Positions 1 through 34,103 of a stretch of DNA of 64,000 bases are shown in pieces; position 1 is the first letter of the stretch, and every line of letters begins with the position of its first letter. The stretch is from Amoebidium appalachense (lineage: Eukaryota > Protista > Ichthyosporea). The notes under the pieces were generated by a model. The model was not told where the DNA came from. It ran no database searches and saw only the letters and a list, made by a program, of their open reading frames with translations. Made by a program: the position numbers and the translations under genes. Location of the stretch: the NCBI GenBank assembly GCA_963693365.1, contig CAVNZM010000004.1, positions 13,005,088 to 13,069,087 of the forward strand, in the 5' to 3' direction.

Positions 1-53
1 CGACCATACACACACAGAGAGAGATAGAGAGAATAAAAAAGAAAGTGGGGGAA

Positions 54-85
<32 letters not shown>

Positions 86-259
86 GGGGAGGGGGGTGGG
101 GGGGGGGGGGGGGGGGGGGGGAGGGGAGGGGGGGGTGGGGGGGGGGGGAGGGAGGGTAGATATGTGTATAAATACTTATATAAGGACTCGTAAATATCAC
201 AAAGGACAAAAGGGGCATCCGCACAAGTGTAGTTCTATGATACACCAACGTTGAGGTCT

Positions 260-339
<80 letters not shown>

Positions 340-427
340 AAGCACACATTCACGGCGCACAAACACATACCAGCACACATGCGTGCGTGCGTGCGTGCGT
401 GCGCACACACAAACACACGCGCGCGCG

Positions 428-459
<32 letters not shown>

Positions 460-460
460 G

Positions 461-21499
<21,039 letters not shown>

Positions 21500-22834
21500 C
21501 AAGAGGCCGGTAGTTGGGGTCAAATATCTACATATTTGTCTATCACTGGATGTTACTTATTGTTTTTTTTGTTTGTTTGTTTGTTTGTTTGTTTGTTTGT
21601 TTTATATTTTTATTTTTAGTTTTATTTTTTTTTGGGGGGGGGGGGGGGGGTCAGTTGCGTCTTGGAAAAAATCTTTGTATATAGCCTTGTGTGACGCGAC
21701 ATGCATGTCACACTCGAATGTTTTTGACGCGACATGCATTTGACACTCGTTTCTTTTCCGAGTATGCCACACATAGTATCTGATCGTGAATACGTGCTGA
21801 AGAATGTCGGCCGAAATGAACGCATGAATGATTGTTCTCTGGAACACATTTTCCCTTTTTACGTAGTGTTGTGAATGGAACATAGCAAGTTCAGAGTGTT
21901 ACTGACAGTAGATTTTTATGTGTATGCTGCTCCCCAAACGTAGTATTTTTCTAACTTGCGTAATATGTACCTTTGCTAGGCAACGGACCTAATATTAGCC
22001 TTTGTAGAAAGTAGTTTTCTACTCTTGTAAGCTCTTTTTTGCGAAGTCTTAAACGCGAATGGAACGGAAGCTTGCAGGTATGCACGTGTGTATCATAACG
22101 TTAACAGTGTCCGAGACACCCTGAGCATATCTTGAAACATGTCAGCATTGAAACGGAATGCTGCCGTGTATGTATATAAGAAAAAGTCGTGGCACATTCT
22201 GCTGTTCGGCTGGTGTATGTACACTTGTGGGGCCAGTAAGTGCTCAAAGATAGCGGTGTATGAAAGTCAGTGACGTTTTTTAATACTACATACCATTACA
22301 TCGCAAATCAATGCACCACTGAGCTACATACATGACTATGGTATCTGGCTGCCTGAATCTGGATGGAAAGTTAACATGTGGTGGTGGTGATTGGGCGGGG
22401 GGGGGGGGGGGGGGGGGCAACATGTGCACCAGCTGATGCTATCTTCTGGCTATATCTCCAGATCATAGCCATAGCCATAGCGATAAATCGCCTTTTTATG
22501 CAACTCTCGTTTGTCCTCCGTTCAAATTTGGCCAGGATCACGATGTGGCCAGCCCATTGAGCACACGTGGCCAGCCCATGGCCACATCATGTGATCCTGA
22601 TCCTGACCTACGATGGATGTGTCTACCACACGTGCATTTTGTGTGCGCGGCCATACAAGCAACGTATTGCCATTATGCTGCATGCAACGCATGCATGTCA
22701 ATCCTTTTTAGGCCCAGCCAGCCCAACTGAGAGCTGGTTTCCGGAATTCGCGAATGCGGGTGCCGCCATGGCTAAAAATAGATTGAATTTTGGCGCGAAA
22801 ATTTGTGATATCACAAAAACGTAATCCACCGATT

Positions 22835-25025
22835 TCAGATTCCTAAAATTGAAATTGGCGGCTCAAAAGTGGGGCCTAACCATTCTATGCCGGTCATAGT
22901 CCAAATCCGTTTTTACTCAATAAAGTCTAAACTATGAATAGGAAACAGGCTTTGGCGCCTTGTTTAAAAGTATAGAAAATAAAGCGACACACTTTGTTTA
23001 TATAAGCAACATAGGGTGTCCGTCGCGTTTTTTGAGGTCAAAACAGGCAAAAGCACATGTTTTGCTATATGCGATCAACTCCCGCCGTCAGTCAGTCGGC
23101 AGTCAGGAGGCTGGCCCCTGCCGGAAGCGGTTTTGGCTGGTTTTAGCTGATTTTGACGTTGAAGAAGCAAGGCCTCCTTATCATCCGGGCCTGGAAACTG
23201 AAGGGTTCGAATCGGATTGCAAAAATGGAACAGGCTGATTCAGAATTGGATTGATTTGAAGCCCTGGCTTCCTATCGAAGTCGAGTACTCACTGTATACG
23301 CAAAGTTCTCCGCGGAGGCTCGCTGACTCGCCAGAAGAAACATGGTTAAACCCGTCATAGATAATTATATTACACACACAAACAGCAATATCTAATACAT
23401 GCATAAATGTATATAAATGTGTCGTCTGTGGAGCTAATGTGGTTGCGTGTGCCAACCACTGGCAGGGTTGCAGTGGTGTGGGTGGTGGTGAGACTGTGGG
23501 TATGGCGCGAGCTCGAGGGGGGGGAGGGGAGGGGGGGAGGGGGGGGGGAAAGACTCTGGCACACACACACACGCACACACATACAAACACCCATATACAC
23601 GCCCTCACTCTTGCGCTGAACAAAGAACTGAGGGAGAAAGAGCACAACTTCAGACTCCGGCGCGGCCGGCACAGTGGACACAAAACCACACCGTAACACG
23701 CCCAGACATGAACACATTCACACACGACACACACACACACACACACACAAAAGGCCTCAAAAAAAAACACGCACACGCCAACACACCCACCCAGCCCCCC
23801 GGCAGCCCCCCAGCCCCCCACCCACCCACACACGCGAGAGCTCTCTCTCTCCCTCCCTCTCACTCCGTCGATGTCCCACACTCTCTCTCTCGCTCCCTCC
23901 CTCCCCTCTCCCTCCCTCTCTCTTTTTAAGCGTAAGAAGCCATGTTTGAAGTGTATATACTTGTTTTGGCACTTTTTATTATTAGAAAGGAGTTGGGCAG
24001 GAAAAAAGGTCGGGAGGGACAAGCAAAGAGTAATCCAGTGAGTGGGGTGTTGGGGGAGGGGGGGGGGGGGGGGGGGCACAGCAACCTCCAGTGATGGATG
24101 GAGCGGTGGACGCCGGGAAACCACACAGTTAGCTGTGCAAAGGGAGAAAGGGGAAAAATACATAGCCCAGCCAACCAGGCGCCAACCCAACTTTTTAGGA
24201 GGAGTTAGGCTGGGTGGCGGGGGGGGGGCCGGGGGGGGGGGGGGGGGGGGGGGGTGAACACAAGTGGGTTTGAGTTGCTTCCCACTTACCCCCCCCCCCC
24301 CCCCCTTCCCCCCCCCTCCTCCATGTGTCGGGTTTCTTCATGCAAAACTTCTTAGTTTAGGTATATAAAATCCGCCACCCATTTTGCATCAGTGCGCGTG
24401 GTTGCTTAGAAGCATACTTGGGCTTTATATACCGGCACAGTGCCTTTCCTACCCGAAGGCGTAGTTGCGCAGTTGGACTCAGGGCAGCCATACACACTAC
24501 TCTTATTAATATTTTGTAACAAATATTTAAGCTGAAAGCGTGGCCTAACACATTTGGGAGCCAATGTTGTTGGCATCTGTTCATCCTCGGCTTGAAACAA
24601 CAGAAGTTTCGTCGGAAAACGTAAACAACTGTCAGCTACGAACGACGCGATTGGCCTATTTGTCCGCCAAAACCAGCCTGTTACTATTTTCGGAACAGGC
24701 CTCTCATTTTTGATGCTATTTTCGGAACAGTCTTGAATCGGTGATCATTTCTGGTCAGGCTGGAGTAAGCCTGGCCCGGAATTCAGCTTCAGATCGTGAC
24801 GTACCAGCTTCCAGGCCCGGATAGATAAGGAGGCCTTGTGAAGAAGACGTCGGACACTCCAGGCCGCCTATATCAACTTTGCGCGTCTCTTTATTTCCTA
24901 CAACTTTGCTTGAAGGATGAAAACCTCATTTCTAAGTGAAATCGAAAATAAATTGGCTTTGAGAGGCTGTAGATTGGTTTTTGGCTCCGGTTTTAGGCCC
25001 TACTTTTTGGCCAATTAGATCTGAG
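22835..25025. mobile_element. Degenerate long inverted repeat (foldback or non-autonomous DNA transposon relic, or two inverted copies of a dispersed repeat)
   Basis: Colinear inverted matches: 23168-23200 vs 24805-24838 (nearly identical), ~22967-23022 vs ~24851-24907, ~22853-22879 vs ~24993-25016, 23222-23237 vs 24674-24690. No transposase ORF lies between the arms. Confidence 0.55.
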
Positions 25026-25543
25026 ACTGGTGAATTCGTGTGGCACACACCAGCGCGAGCCGCTAGCCTGGAGCAGTGGGTACAACTACAAGGCGGAACG
25101 AGCAGGAAACGGGTTTGTTTATAGCTGAAGGTTTTTAAAAAAAAAAAGGGTGCCAAAGAGAATCGCTCTGTTAAAACTGCATGTACAAGGCATAGGCGTT
25201 ACTGTACAAAGCAATAATGTCACTGGCCCAGGGGGAAAGGTAAAGCAGATATTGAACGGTGCAATAATACGTTAGTCACAGCAGCCTAGGCACCCCACAT
25301 AAACTCTAAAGGCAAGGATGCGCCTTGTTCTAATGCACTAAAGCAGCCATATTTCAATGCTTCTCTTGAGAGCAGTGGCACCAGAAACCCTCCCAACCAG
25401 CCTGTTAGCTGCAGCTGCAGATAATTATAAGCCAGGTATTTCGTGTGTTTCAAGCTGACTTCGGATACACATTTCGTTTCGAGTGTCCCAAAGCGAGTTT
25501 CCACCGTGGCTTTCAGTATGTCCTTGACGGGAAAGAACTCGCC

Positions 25544-26073
25544 ATGATGTTTCAACACTTAAAAACAGTGTTTTCCCGACGCCCAGGCAGGTGCACTGTG
25601 GGCGCCACCTCCCTCAACGAAACTCCAAAATGGCTGCTGTTTTTCGTTTTCGCAATCCTCCTCCTCATGATCGTTTCTGACTCTTTCAGCCCTACTGAAA
25701 TTCAAACACGTGTGAAAGAGTTGTCCCACAACGAGAAACACTACCCGGTGGCACGTGCCGTGCATGTAGAGAACCAACTAGCCTCGAACTTGAATGCCAT
25801 ACCCGGTGTGGTGTCCCTGGCTTCCAGCAACGCTGACAGCAACAGCACCAGCCTGTCCAGGTTTCTGGATGCCCGCTTGGGTGCTGGAAAATGGGGAGTG
25901 TATGTTCTGAACATGGATGACAGGCTCGACAGGTTCAAGGTATGCAAATCAGAGTGAAGGGGGGGATTGGTTAAGGGCTATCACGTTTGGAAACTAGGAA
26001 GGGATGGGAGAGGGATGACCGGGGGGGGGGGGGGGGGGGAGGGGGGAGCCTCAGGGAACGCCCGGGGGGCTTT

Positions 26074-26122
<49 letters not shown>

Positions 26123-26331
26123 AAGGAAGAGGGTAGAGGATGACAAGTATTTTCTTGATAGAGGTTTTCCATATCCGGGCCATAACAGGAAAACTTGCTA
26201 GAGAGCGCTGTTAAGCGGGATTGGATCGAAAGAGCCAGAAAATATTAAAGTGCAGGGGGGTGAGGGGGCGGCCATGGGGGGGGGGGGGGGGGGGGGAGTG
26301 GGGGGGGGTGTGTGTGTGTGTGCGTGTGCGC

Positions 26332-26362
<31 letters not shown>

Positions 26363-26789
26363 GGTGGAGGGGAGGGATGGAGGTGGGAGGGGGGGGAGGG
26401 GGGGGCACGTTGATGGGAGGAAAAATTATGTGCCCTTCTTGATTTTTTGTTGGGTGGCCATGCTGTACAAAAGCTGTTGATGCACATGCACATACAAGCA
26501 CTGTGGTGAACGAATCTTCCTCACGGTGCGCACACACACACATACGCGAGCCAATATACTATTTGACTTGGGGGTAAACACATGCAAAACCATCAACATT
26601 TTCAACTAGAAAGAACTTGTGCACTGCCAGGCACAACCTTAACATGCAAGAATGCCAAGCACAGTTGGTGCATCATACACGTGAACACAAGAGCCTGCAC
26701 ATATGCATACACAGAGCAAGTTTCCCAAAATACATGACATGATGATGCACACTCACATTCACTGTGCTTTTTTTCAAGGCTCTCTCGCC

Positions 26790-26824
<35 letters not shown>

Positions 26825-26907
26825 TGTTTTTGTTGTTTGTTGTTTGTTTGGTTGAAGATTTTTTCCCCCTCTTCCTCTTCTTTGTTTCCTCCCCTTTTTT
26901 TTTTTTT

Positions 26908-26977
<70 letters not shown>

Positions 26978-29460
26978 AGCTTGTTAGGTCCCGGTCATAA
27001 GCCACCTCCATAGTTGGAGAAAATGAACGATAATTTAGAGTGCCGGAAAAAACAGAAGATATCCAGCCGAAATGCCATGCGTTTCCTCCCATGTTTTTCT
27101 ATCCCTTACATCCTGCGGCTATACAGATTACAGCAAGCAGATTGAAATCTGCCGGGTTTCCCTGTGTGCACCGGTTCAGTGCAGTACATGCCCGGCTAGC
27201 CCGCTACGAGACCATACAGATCAAGGACAGCCCCATACCCCTCAGGCCCGGTGAACAGGCCTACACTAAGAGCATGGCATTGCTGCTGCAGGCCGCACGA
27301 CGGGACGGATACAAGTAGGTGGTAAATGTGTGTCTGTGTTGTTGTAAAGGGGCCAGGAGAGGACCGGGGGGAAGGGGGGGGGGGGGGGGGGGGGGGGGAC
27401 CTGCTGTGTTGCAAGGTGTGTGCAGGAGGGATCATACATAATGTGGATGCTTGTGTGATTTTGTGCGGAGATGCACATGGGAACGAGGGTGGTGCCTTGC
27501 ATCAGCATGCATTTGTCCAAGTTGTTGCCATCGAAGTATGCCCCCCTCCCCCCTCCCCCCTTCCCCCCCCCCCTCCCCCCCCCCACCCCCCGGGGCCCGT
27601 TTGCACGTGGATGCGTGCATTTCTCGCTGCATAGCCATGCGCGCACTCGAGTGAACGGAGGGAGGGGCCCGGGGGGAGGGGGGGAGGAGCGCAAAAGAAT
27701 ATGAAGGGACATAAATTTTGGGGGGCCCTAATCACACGCGCTTTTGAATGTTGGGGCTCATCACTGCACCCCCTTACAGGTGGGTGTTCACCTTTGACGA
27801 TGACATTCTCCCCCACGTAGAGATCGAAGCACAAATGCGCCACTTTCTCTCCTCCCGACGGTGTTTCAGACGTAACAGTGGCATATATATGCTTGGTGCC
27901 AGCCAATGGGGAGATCCCGAGGTAAACAAACGAGATTTGCAGTTCATTCGTTCCTCAGATACGTGTTATAAACCCACCCCGTTCACTTTCGGTTCGTTTG
28001 CTATGCTTTATCATTTGGGCACGGCGACGGACGCTGTGTTTGCTTGGTTGGACCGGCACCCGCATGCACGATATGACCACATGTGGTATCATCTGAGCAA
28101 GAGTGTGCCCGTAGTAGTTGCACACCCAAACATCTTCATTGCTGACTGCACAGAGAGTACTATCAAGACCGGGGGGATATACCAGCACCAGAATATGCAA
28201 AGCAGGGCCTTACTTATGGGGTGGGACCTGGCAAAGTATGACCAGCGGTACAACCTGGTGCAAAGCCAAATCCCCCCAAACGGTGAAAATGCAGGTGTAA
28301 ATTCCGGTTTCACAGTTAGGGGAATGTCTGAGAATATACCGAATCCGGTGTTGGAAAACATTGCCAACGCACCCCCTTCACGGTATTTCTCCAACAAGTG
28401 CGAGTCCTCTTTAGCGAGCATAATCCAAACACAGGCAAAGCACCGGACCCACGATGTGATCAGCAAAGTAACCTTGGGGATAAAGACATTTATGCGAAGC
28501 GGGTGTGTGCGTCGGATTATTGACACAGCATGGGCCCTTTATCCGGGGATAAACATTGTAGTGGTGGATGATGGAATCGATCTTCTGGATATTCCATCAA
28601 CACCAAACCTTACGGTGGTGCAGATGCCCTTTGATTCCGGTGTGGGTGCGGGCCGAAATGAATTGCTCCGGCGCACAAAAACACCCTATTTGCTCATGGC
28701 GGATGATGACTATATGTTTATTGAGCCAAAGCACGGTATATATCCCGGAACGGATTTGGGCACCATGTTGGACGCACTTGAAAGGGGTGTTGCTGATATA
28801 GTTGGAGGGGTCCGTGTAGATAGCGCAAATGCCGTGTCTGTGAAATTTCATTCCCCGGGAGGGTTTCTATCCATCAACCGAGAGACGAGAATTCTGGAGG
28901 TGGGAGGCGGTGAAAGAAATGCGGCCGTGGGGTCTGTATGGGGGGATTCAAAGTGTGCCCCGGTAGAGTATGTAGAACAGTTTATGATGCTACGTGTAGA
29001 CGCACTTATAGATGAGAACGGTTTGGTTGATGCATGGGACAATCACTTGAAAAATAACGACCATTATGACTTTTTCCTTAGGCAGAAAGTTAGGGGGTTG
29101 CGTGTGCTTGGTTGCCCTACCGTTCATGTTCTTCACGAAAAAGGGACCGGAATGTGTGCACAAACACGGGAATATCTGAGTTTCCGGGGTAGATGGGATC
29201 ATTTCTTGCCGTATATGTTGACCAAATGGGGCGTTCGGGCTATACATGACCTTAACTACAACAAGCGCATGCAGGTTAACGTTAAAGACGATGGGGTGTG
29301 TGAAAACGAACATGTGTGGTTTGCTGATGATGGGTTTAAGGTGATTAGCGCATCGAGGGAGGGGAATTATTATGCAAAGAAACTTGCTCGTAGGGTGGTG
29401 GTTACTGAACTCCCTAGTGATGCTTGTAAGCTGTATGTCAACACAGTCGGGAGGGGTTAG
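25544..29460 (+). CDS. Type II membrane glycosyltransferase with a GT25-like domain followed by a B4GALNT1/2-like GT-A domain
   Basis: Phase-compatible exons 25544-25939, 27127-27314, 27780-29460. TM anchor WLLFFVFAILLLMIV. GT25-type motifs VYVLNMDDRLDRF, RFSAV, LRPGE, VFTFDDDI. Second domain VTLGIKTFMR...INIVVVDDG...MPFDSGVGAGRN...TPYLLMADDDYMF. The start codon is inferred. Confidence 0.85.
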
Positions 29461-31903
29461 CTTATATTTGGGGTTCAAGATATGTATCCTTGCAGATATA
29501 CACAATTACAGATAATCAATTGTATACTGAGATAAGAAAATCGTCTTATAAATTGTGTGCCACATGTACATACGTGCAGTGTCCTTTATGCTAATGATTA
29601 TTCGTTGCGGTGGATACAAAGTGGTAACTCATGATGCATCGCATGGCAACGTGCATGGTATGTGGCCTCTTGAAGATTACCTCGTCAATCAAATGCACCT
29701 TCAAACACGTTGAGTTTTATGGCCATGTGCACATGGGTGGAATTGGCTTGCTTTTTTTTCTCTTCTTTTTCTTTTCTTTTTCTTTCTTTCTTTTTTTTTT
29801 TTTTTTTTTGGGGGGGGGGGGGGGGGGGGAGGAGGTAAAGGTGTGTGTGTGTGTGTGTGTGTGGGGGGGGGGGGGGGGCAAGGGGGGCAGGTGGCGGGGG
29901 GGGGGGGGGGGGCACAAAGTGCAGAAGGGGAGGAGGGGAGAGAAGGGTGGGTTGATGGGAGGGTGGGGAGATTAGGAGTAGGGTCGTAACCACACAAAGC
30001 AACCAGATCAACCTACATCAAGAAAAGGTGGGAACGGATCCCGCCTCCTCCCCACCTCCCCCCCCCCCCCCCCCCTCCTCCCTCCTACTCCCCCCCCCCT
30101 CTCACCCCCCCCCCCCCCCCCCTGCCCACCCCCCCTTCCCCCCACCCCCCACCCCCTCCCCCTCCCGGGGCGCTGTCTTTGACCGGGAGACCGCTGTTCG
30201 GGAATGGTGCAGTTACCCACCATCCCCCTTCCCCCCTCTCCCCCTCCTCCCCTACCCACCCCACCCCACCGTTCTTCCCCCCTCCCCTTTCCCTTCCCCT
30301 TTTCGTGGTTTCATCTTGTCCCTCCCTACTTGTTGGTTCAGCCCATCTTCTTACTCTTTCTCTTTCCTCCCCTGCCATTAACCTTGCTGCACCACAGGAA
30401 ACCCTGCCAATAAGATGCGTCGGGCTGTTTTGTAACCCTCCCCCTCCCCCCCCCTCTCCTGTTCCTCCTCCTCCTCCTCCTTCCCTACGGAGCTCTGATG
30501 CAGAAGGTGGGGAAGGAGGGTGGAGGCGGGGAAGGAGGAAGGGGGCCTGACCCACATGGGGGGAAGGGATGAAGTACTGAATTAGCATGACCCCCACAAA
30601 TTTAACTCTTCCCTTCCTCCGTGCAGACCCCGGCCAGCCCCTCTCTCTCCCCCTCCCAGCTCCCCTCCCCTCACCCCCCCCCCCCCCCCTTCCTCCCTCT
30701 CAGAGCCTACTAGTACTGAGGCAGAGAGTTGGGGGTGGAAGGGGTGGGTGGGTGGGAAAAGGGGGGGGGGGGGGGTAGCTGGGCTTGCATTGGTGGGAGG
30801 GGATGGGAGGGGAGGAGGAGAAACAAGAGATCTACACGGACATGCCTGGATAATACTCTCCCCCTCTCAGTATCCTATCTCCTCTTCAAGGGGGGGAGGA
30901 GGGGAGGGGGGGGGGGGGGAAGATGGGGAGGGGAGGGGAAGGGGAGGGGGAGGGCGTGAAGGGGTGTGCGAATGTATGCGTTTCCCGGGGGGGGGGGGGG
31001 GGGAGGGGGGGGAGGGGGGGGGGGGGGGGGGGAGGGAGGGAGGGGGGATGGTCGGGCATGTGGGGTGAGACAAAGATTCATGTGGGGCCCCCACCACCAG
31101 CTACACAGGAGCAAAAAGGGAACAGGAGGGCGGAGAGAGGGGCGGGAGAGGGGGGGGGGGGGAAGAGAGGAAGGGAGAGGGAGGAGGGGGGAGGGGGGGG
31201 GGGGGGGGGGGAGAAGGAGAGAAGGAGAGAGAGGGTGTGTGTGTGTGGGTTTGTGTGTGGAAAAGGGGGGGGGGGGGGGGGGGGTGGGGTGGGGGGATGG
31301 GGGGGGGCACGAAAAGCACCCGAGAGAGCCTTTTGAATAGAAGGGAGGAAAAGGGGGGGGGGGGGGGGAGGAGATTGTTGGAACGTGTTTAGGGAGGGGG
31401 GGGGGGTAGAGGGGGGGATCGGAGGATGGGTGGAATGGGGGAAGGGGGTTAGGTCGGACGAGAATATGTTCGTAACGATTGTTTGCTTGTTTTCTCGTTA
31501 ATATATATGACCTTATAATGATTATGTAATAACCATGTCGATGAACAGGTTGACCACTTCCCAAAAGTTAAAGGCCAGTGCCTTCAGCATGTTTTTTATG
31601 TGTTCTCGCTCTTTCAGCAGATATATTGCGAATGAAAGAAACTACTTTGTTTGGACATATTTACACTGCCCGTATACTGAGAGTAGTCTAAAAAAATCAA
31701 TCAATGGCATTATGTGGTGCCTGCATCATACTCGAACATGTTCGGGTCTGCAGCTGGTTTTCCTTTTGCACCAAAGCACTTCTGTACAAACAGGCCTTAT
31801 TATACATCCACTTATTCACGTATGTACACATTATATATAATGATTACTACAGTGTATACATCTGCTTTTCATCCGAAAATGTACCCTAGGCCAATCAAAC
31901 TAT

Positions 31904-34103
31904 TTACAACATGTTGGTAAGCATGGAATCACAATCACCTGCGACTGGCACAAACCCAATACGACCATTTTTCCGATCAAAGAAACTCCAGTAGCCTTTC
32001 AGCACAACTAGACCCATGATTGTTGGTTTTCCTTGGGACACCTCATAGTATACCTTGCCCCCAATTGTTGAGGTGTAGTCACTGGGGGTGAGAACAAACG
32101 GCAGGCCACCAAGAGTGACGGTGATGTTGGGCAGTGTTGAAAGCTGCGGGTACAAAGGGTATTGTGGTTTGTCTCGTGTCTGCTTAAAGCCCACAGAAGG
32201 AAATTCACAAGTAGGAGCAGTACTATTCAATTTGTCAGCTATGTGTGTTTTGCACTATCATAAGTTAATGCTGCTAGTGGTGGTGGTAGGGATGCTGAGA
32301 GTGTGTGGCTGGGCGTGTGTGCGTGGGGAGGGAGGAAAAAAAAAGGGGGGAGGGTAGGGTGGGGATGAGTGCAAAGACACCTTTTAAAGTGGGTAGGCAT
32401 GAGTTTACCGGCCTCTGCTTTGGGAGATGGTAAGGGATCGGGGTGGGCATGGAGAAGGAGGAGAAGGTGGGGGAGGATATGCAAAGAAAAATGTGCGATA
32501 GTATGAGCTAGTAATCGCGCGGACAACCCAAAACATACCTGGTTTGCAGTGACAGCCAATCTTGTCCCAGATGGGATGGTTGGGGCATCACCCTTACACC
32601 CAATTGGGGCAGCACCAACTGCCGCCAATGCCGGACAAATGATGGCGTCGACCTGGGCTTTGAGTGTGGAGGGGAGTTGAAGCTGCACGGTGCCTGAATC
32701 GAGAATGGCGGTGGATCCTGTGGTCAACGTTGGTTAGGGTACCATATATAGCAGATAGCCGTAAATTCATAATTTTCATTCAATTTCTGACCAGTAGCAT
32801 ACGGTATTTCGTAGCAGTGGATTGTCATGTGTACTTGACAGCGTGCTACGTATCAGCGTTTTTTAAAGTTATGAAAACAAAAGAAGACGAAGAAGGAGAA
32901 CAAGAAGAAGAAGAAGACGAAGAAAAAGAAGAAAGAAAGAATACCTAAAAATTAAAACTACGAACAAAAAGAGAAAAAAGTAAAAAAGAAAGAGGACATG
33001 ACGGCATCTATTAAATTTATTAGTTATTGGTGGTAGTGATATTGTAGTCCAAAAATCTTACCTTCTGGAGTAGAGGGGGCCTGGTTTCCCACAGAAATGG
33101 AGTCGAAGCTAACCCGGTAGAAGAGTTTCTTACTCGAATCAGCGTTTGTCTGCGTGACGTACTTCATACCCGGTTGTGCCCCTCCACCGAATACCAACTT
33201 TCCTCCCACTCCGCTTGGGTGCAGACACAGAGAAAATCCCTCGTATCCGACCACACCGTTTTTAAACATTGAAGACATCACATTTCCCCCGTTCTTCCCT
33301 ACCACCCTCCTGACGGTTCCGCCGTATGCCATCCCTATGATGCCGTGGCTATAAGGGTTACCCCCTCCGCTCTTTAGGTTTATAGCACCAAAGGCCTGCC
33401 TTGTGTTCAGATCTGTTGAAACACCCGCCAACCCAAACATGTCCGTGTAGATTTGATAAGTGTCGCACGTACCCCATCCCTTAGCGCCCCCACCGTAATA
33501 GTTTCTCTCCGTGATGCCCAAGCTGGTGGCGGTGGGACCTGGGCGATAGCCAGTTTGGTACTTGGGGCATGGTGTGAAGGGGCCCACGGGGTTTGAGCAG
33601 TTACCACTGGTAAAAACACTGCAGTTGTATGCCCCGACAATCAGGTCCGCAGAGCCCGTGTCTACGGTGATGTTGAAGGGCTGCCCGCCGAGCGTCAGCT
33701 GTGGGAGGAATATTTTCTTAGTCACCAGCCAGCGCATAACTGTATATCACCATCATAACTACTCGCACTAAGGCATACTGTATGTGTGCATACATATACT
33801 TGCAATTGATTAAGAGGTCACAATTGTATGCATTCACTCTAGTCTAGTACATAGTGTGAAGAACTTGACAAAATGGCCAGGCTGTTTTGTGCGACTGTAA
33901 TGTTACCAGTACACAAGTGTAAGGCACGCTACACTCACCGTGACCAGATATTTGGAGCTCGCTGTGTTGAAGCCATAAACCAGTGGGGCGACCACCACTC
34001 CACCTGCAGCCCCGGCCGATGGCGCTGCAGCGGCGCCAGAAGGAAGGCACAACGCAGTGGCACCCAGAATGGCAAAAGTCCGAAACACATTCACGTAACT
34101 CAT
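31904..34103 (-). CDS. Secreted pepsin-like (A1) aspartic protease
   Basis: Exons 34103-33939, 33698-33062, 32717-32539, 32143-31904 join in frame. Signal-peptide-like N-terminus, catalytic VDTGS and ILDSGT, GIIGMAY, C-terminal IMG...FFDRKNGRIGF. Confidence 0.92.

Noticed and set aside
21691-21750. Short imperfect direct repeat TGACGCGACATGCAT...CACTCG downstream of POLQ
   Set aside because: Only two short copies, with no element termini or function evident.
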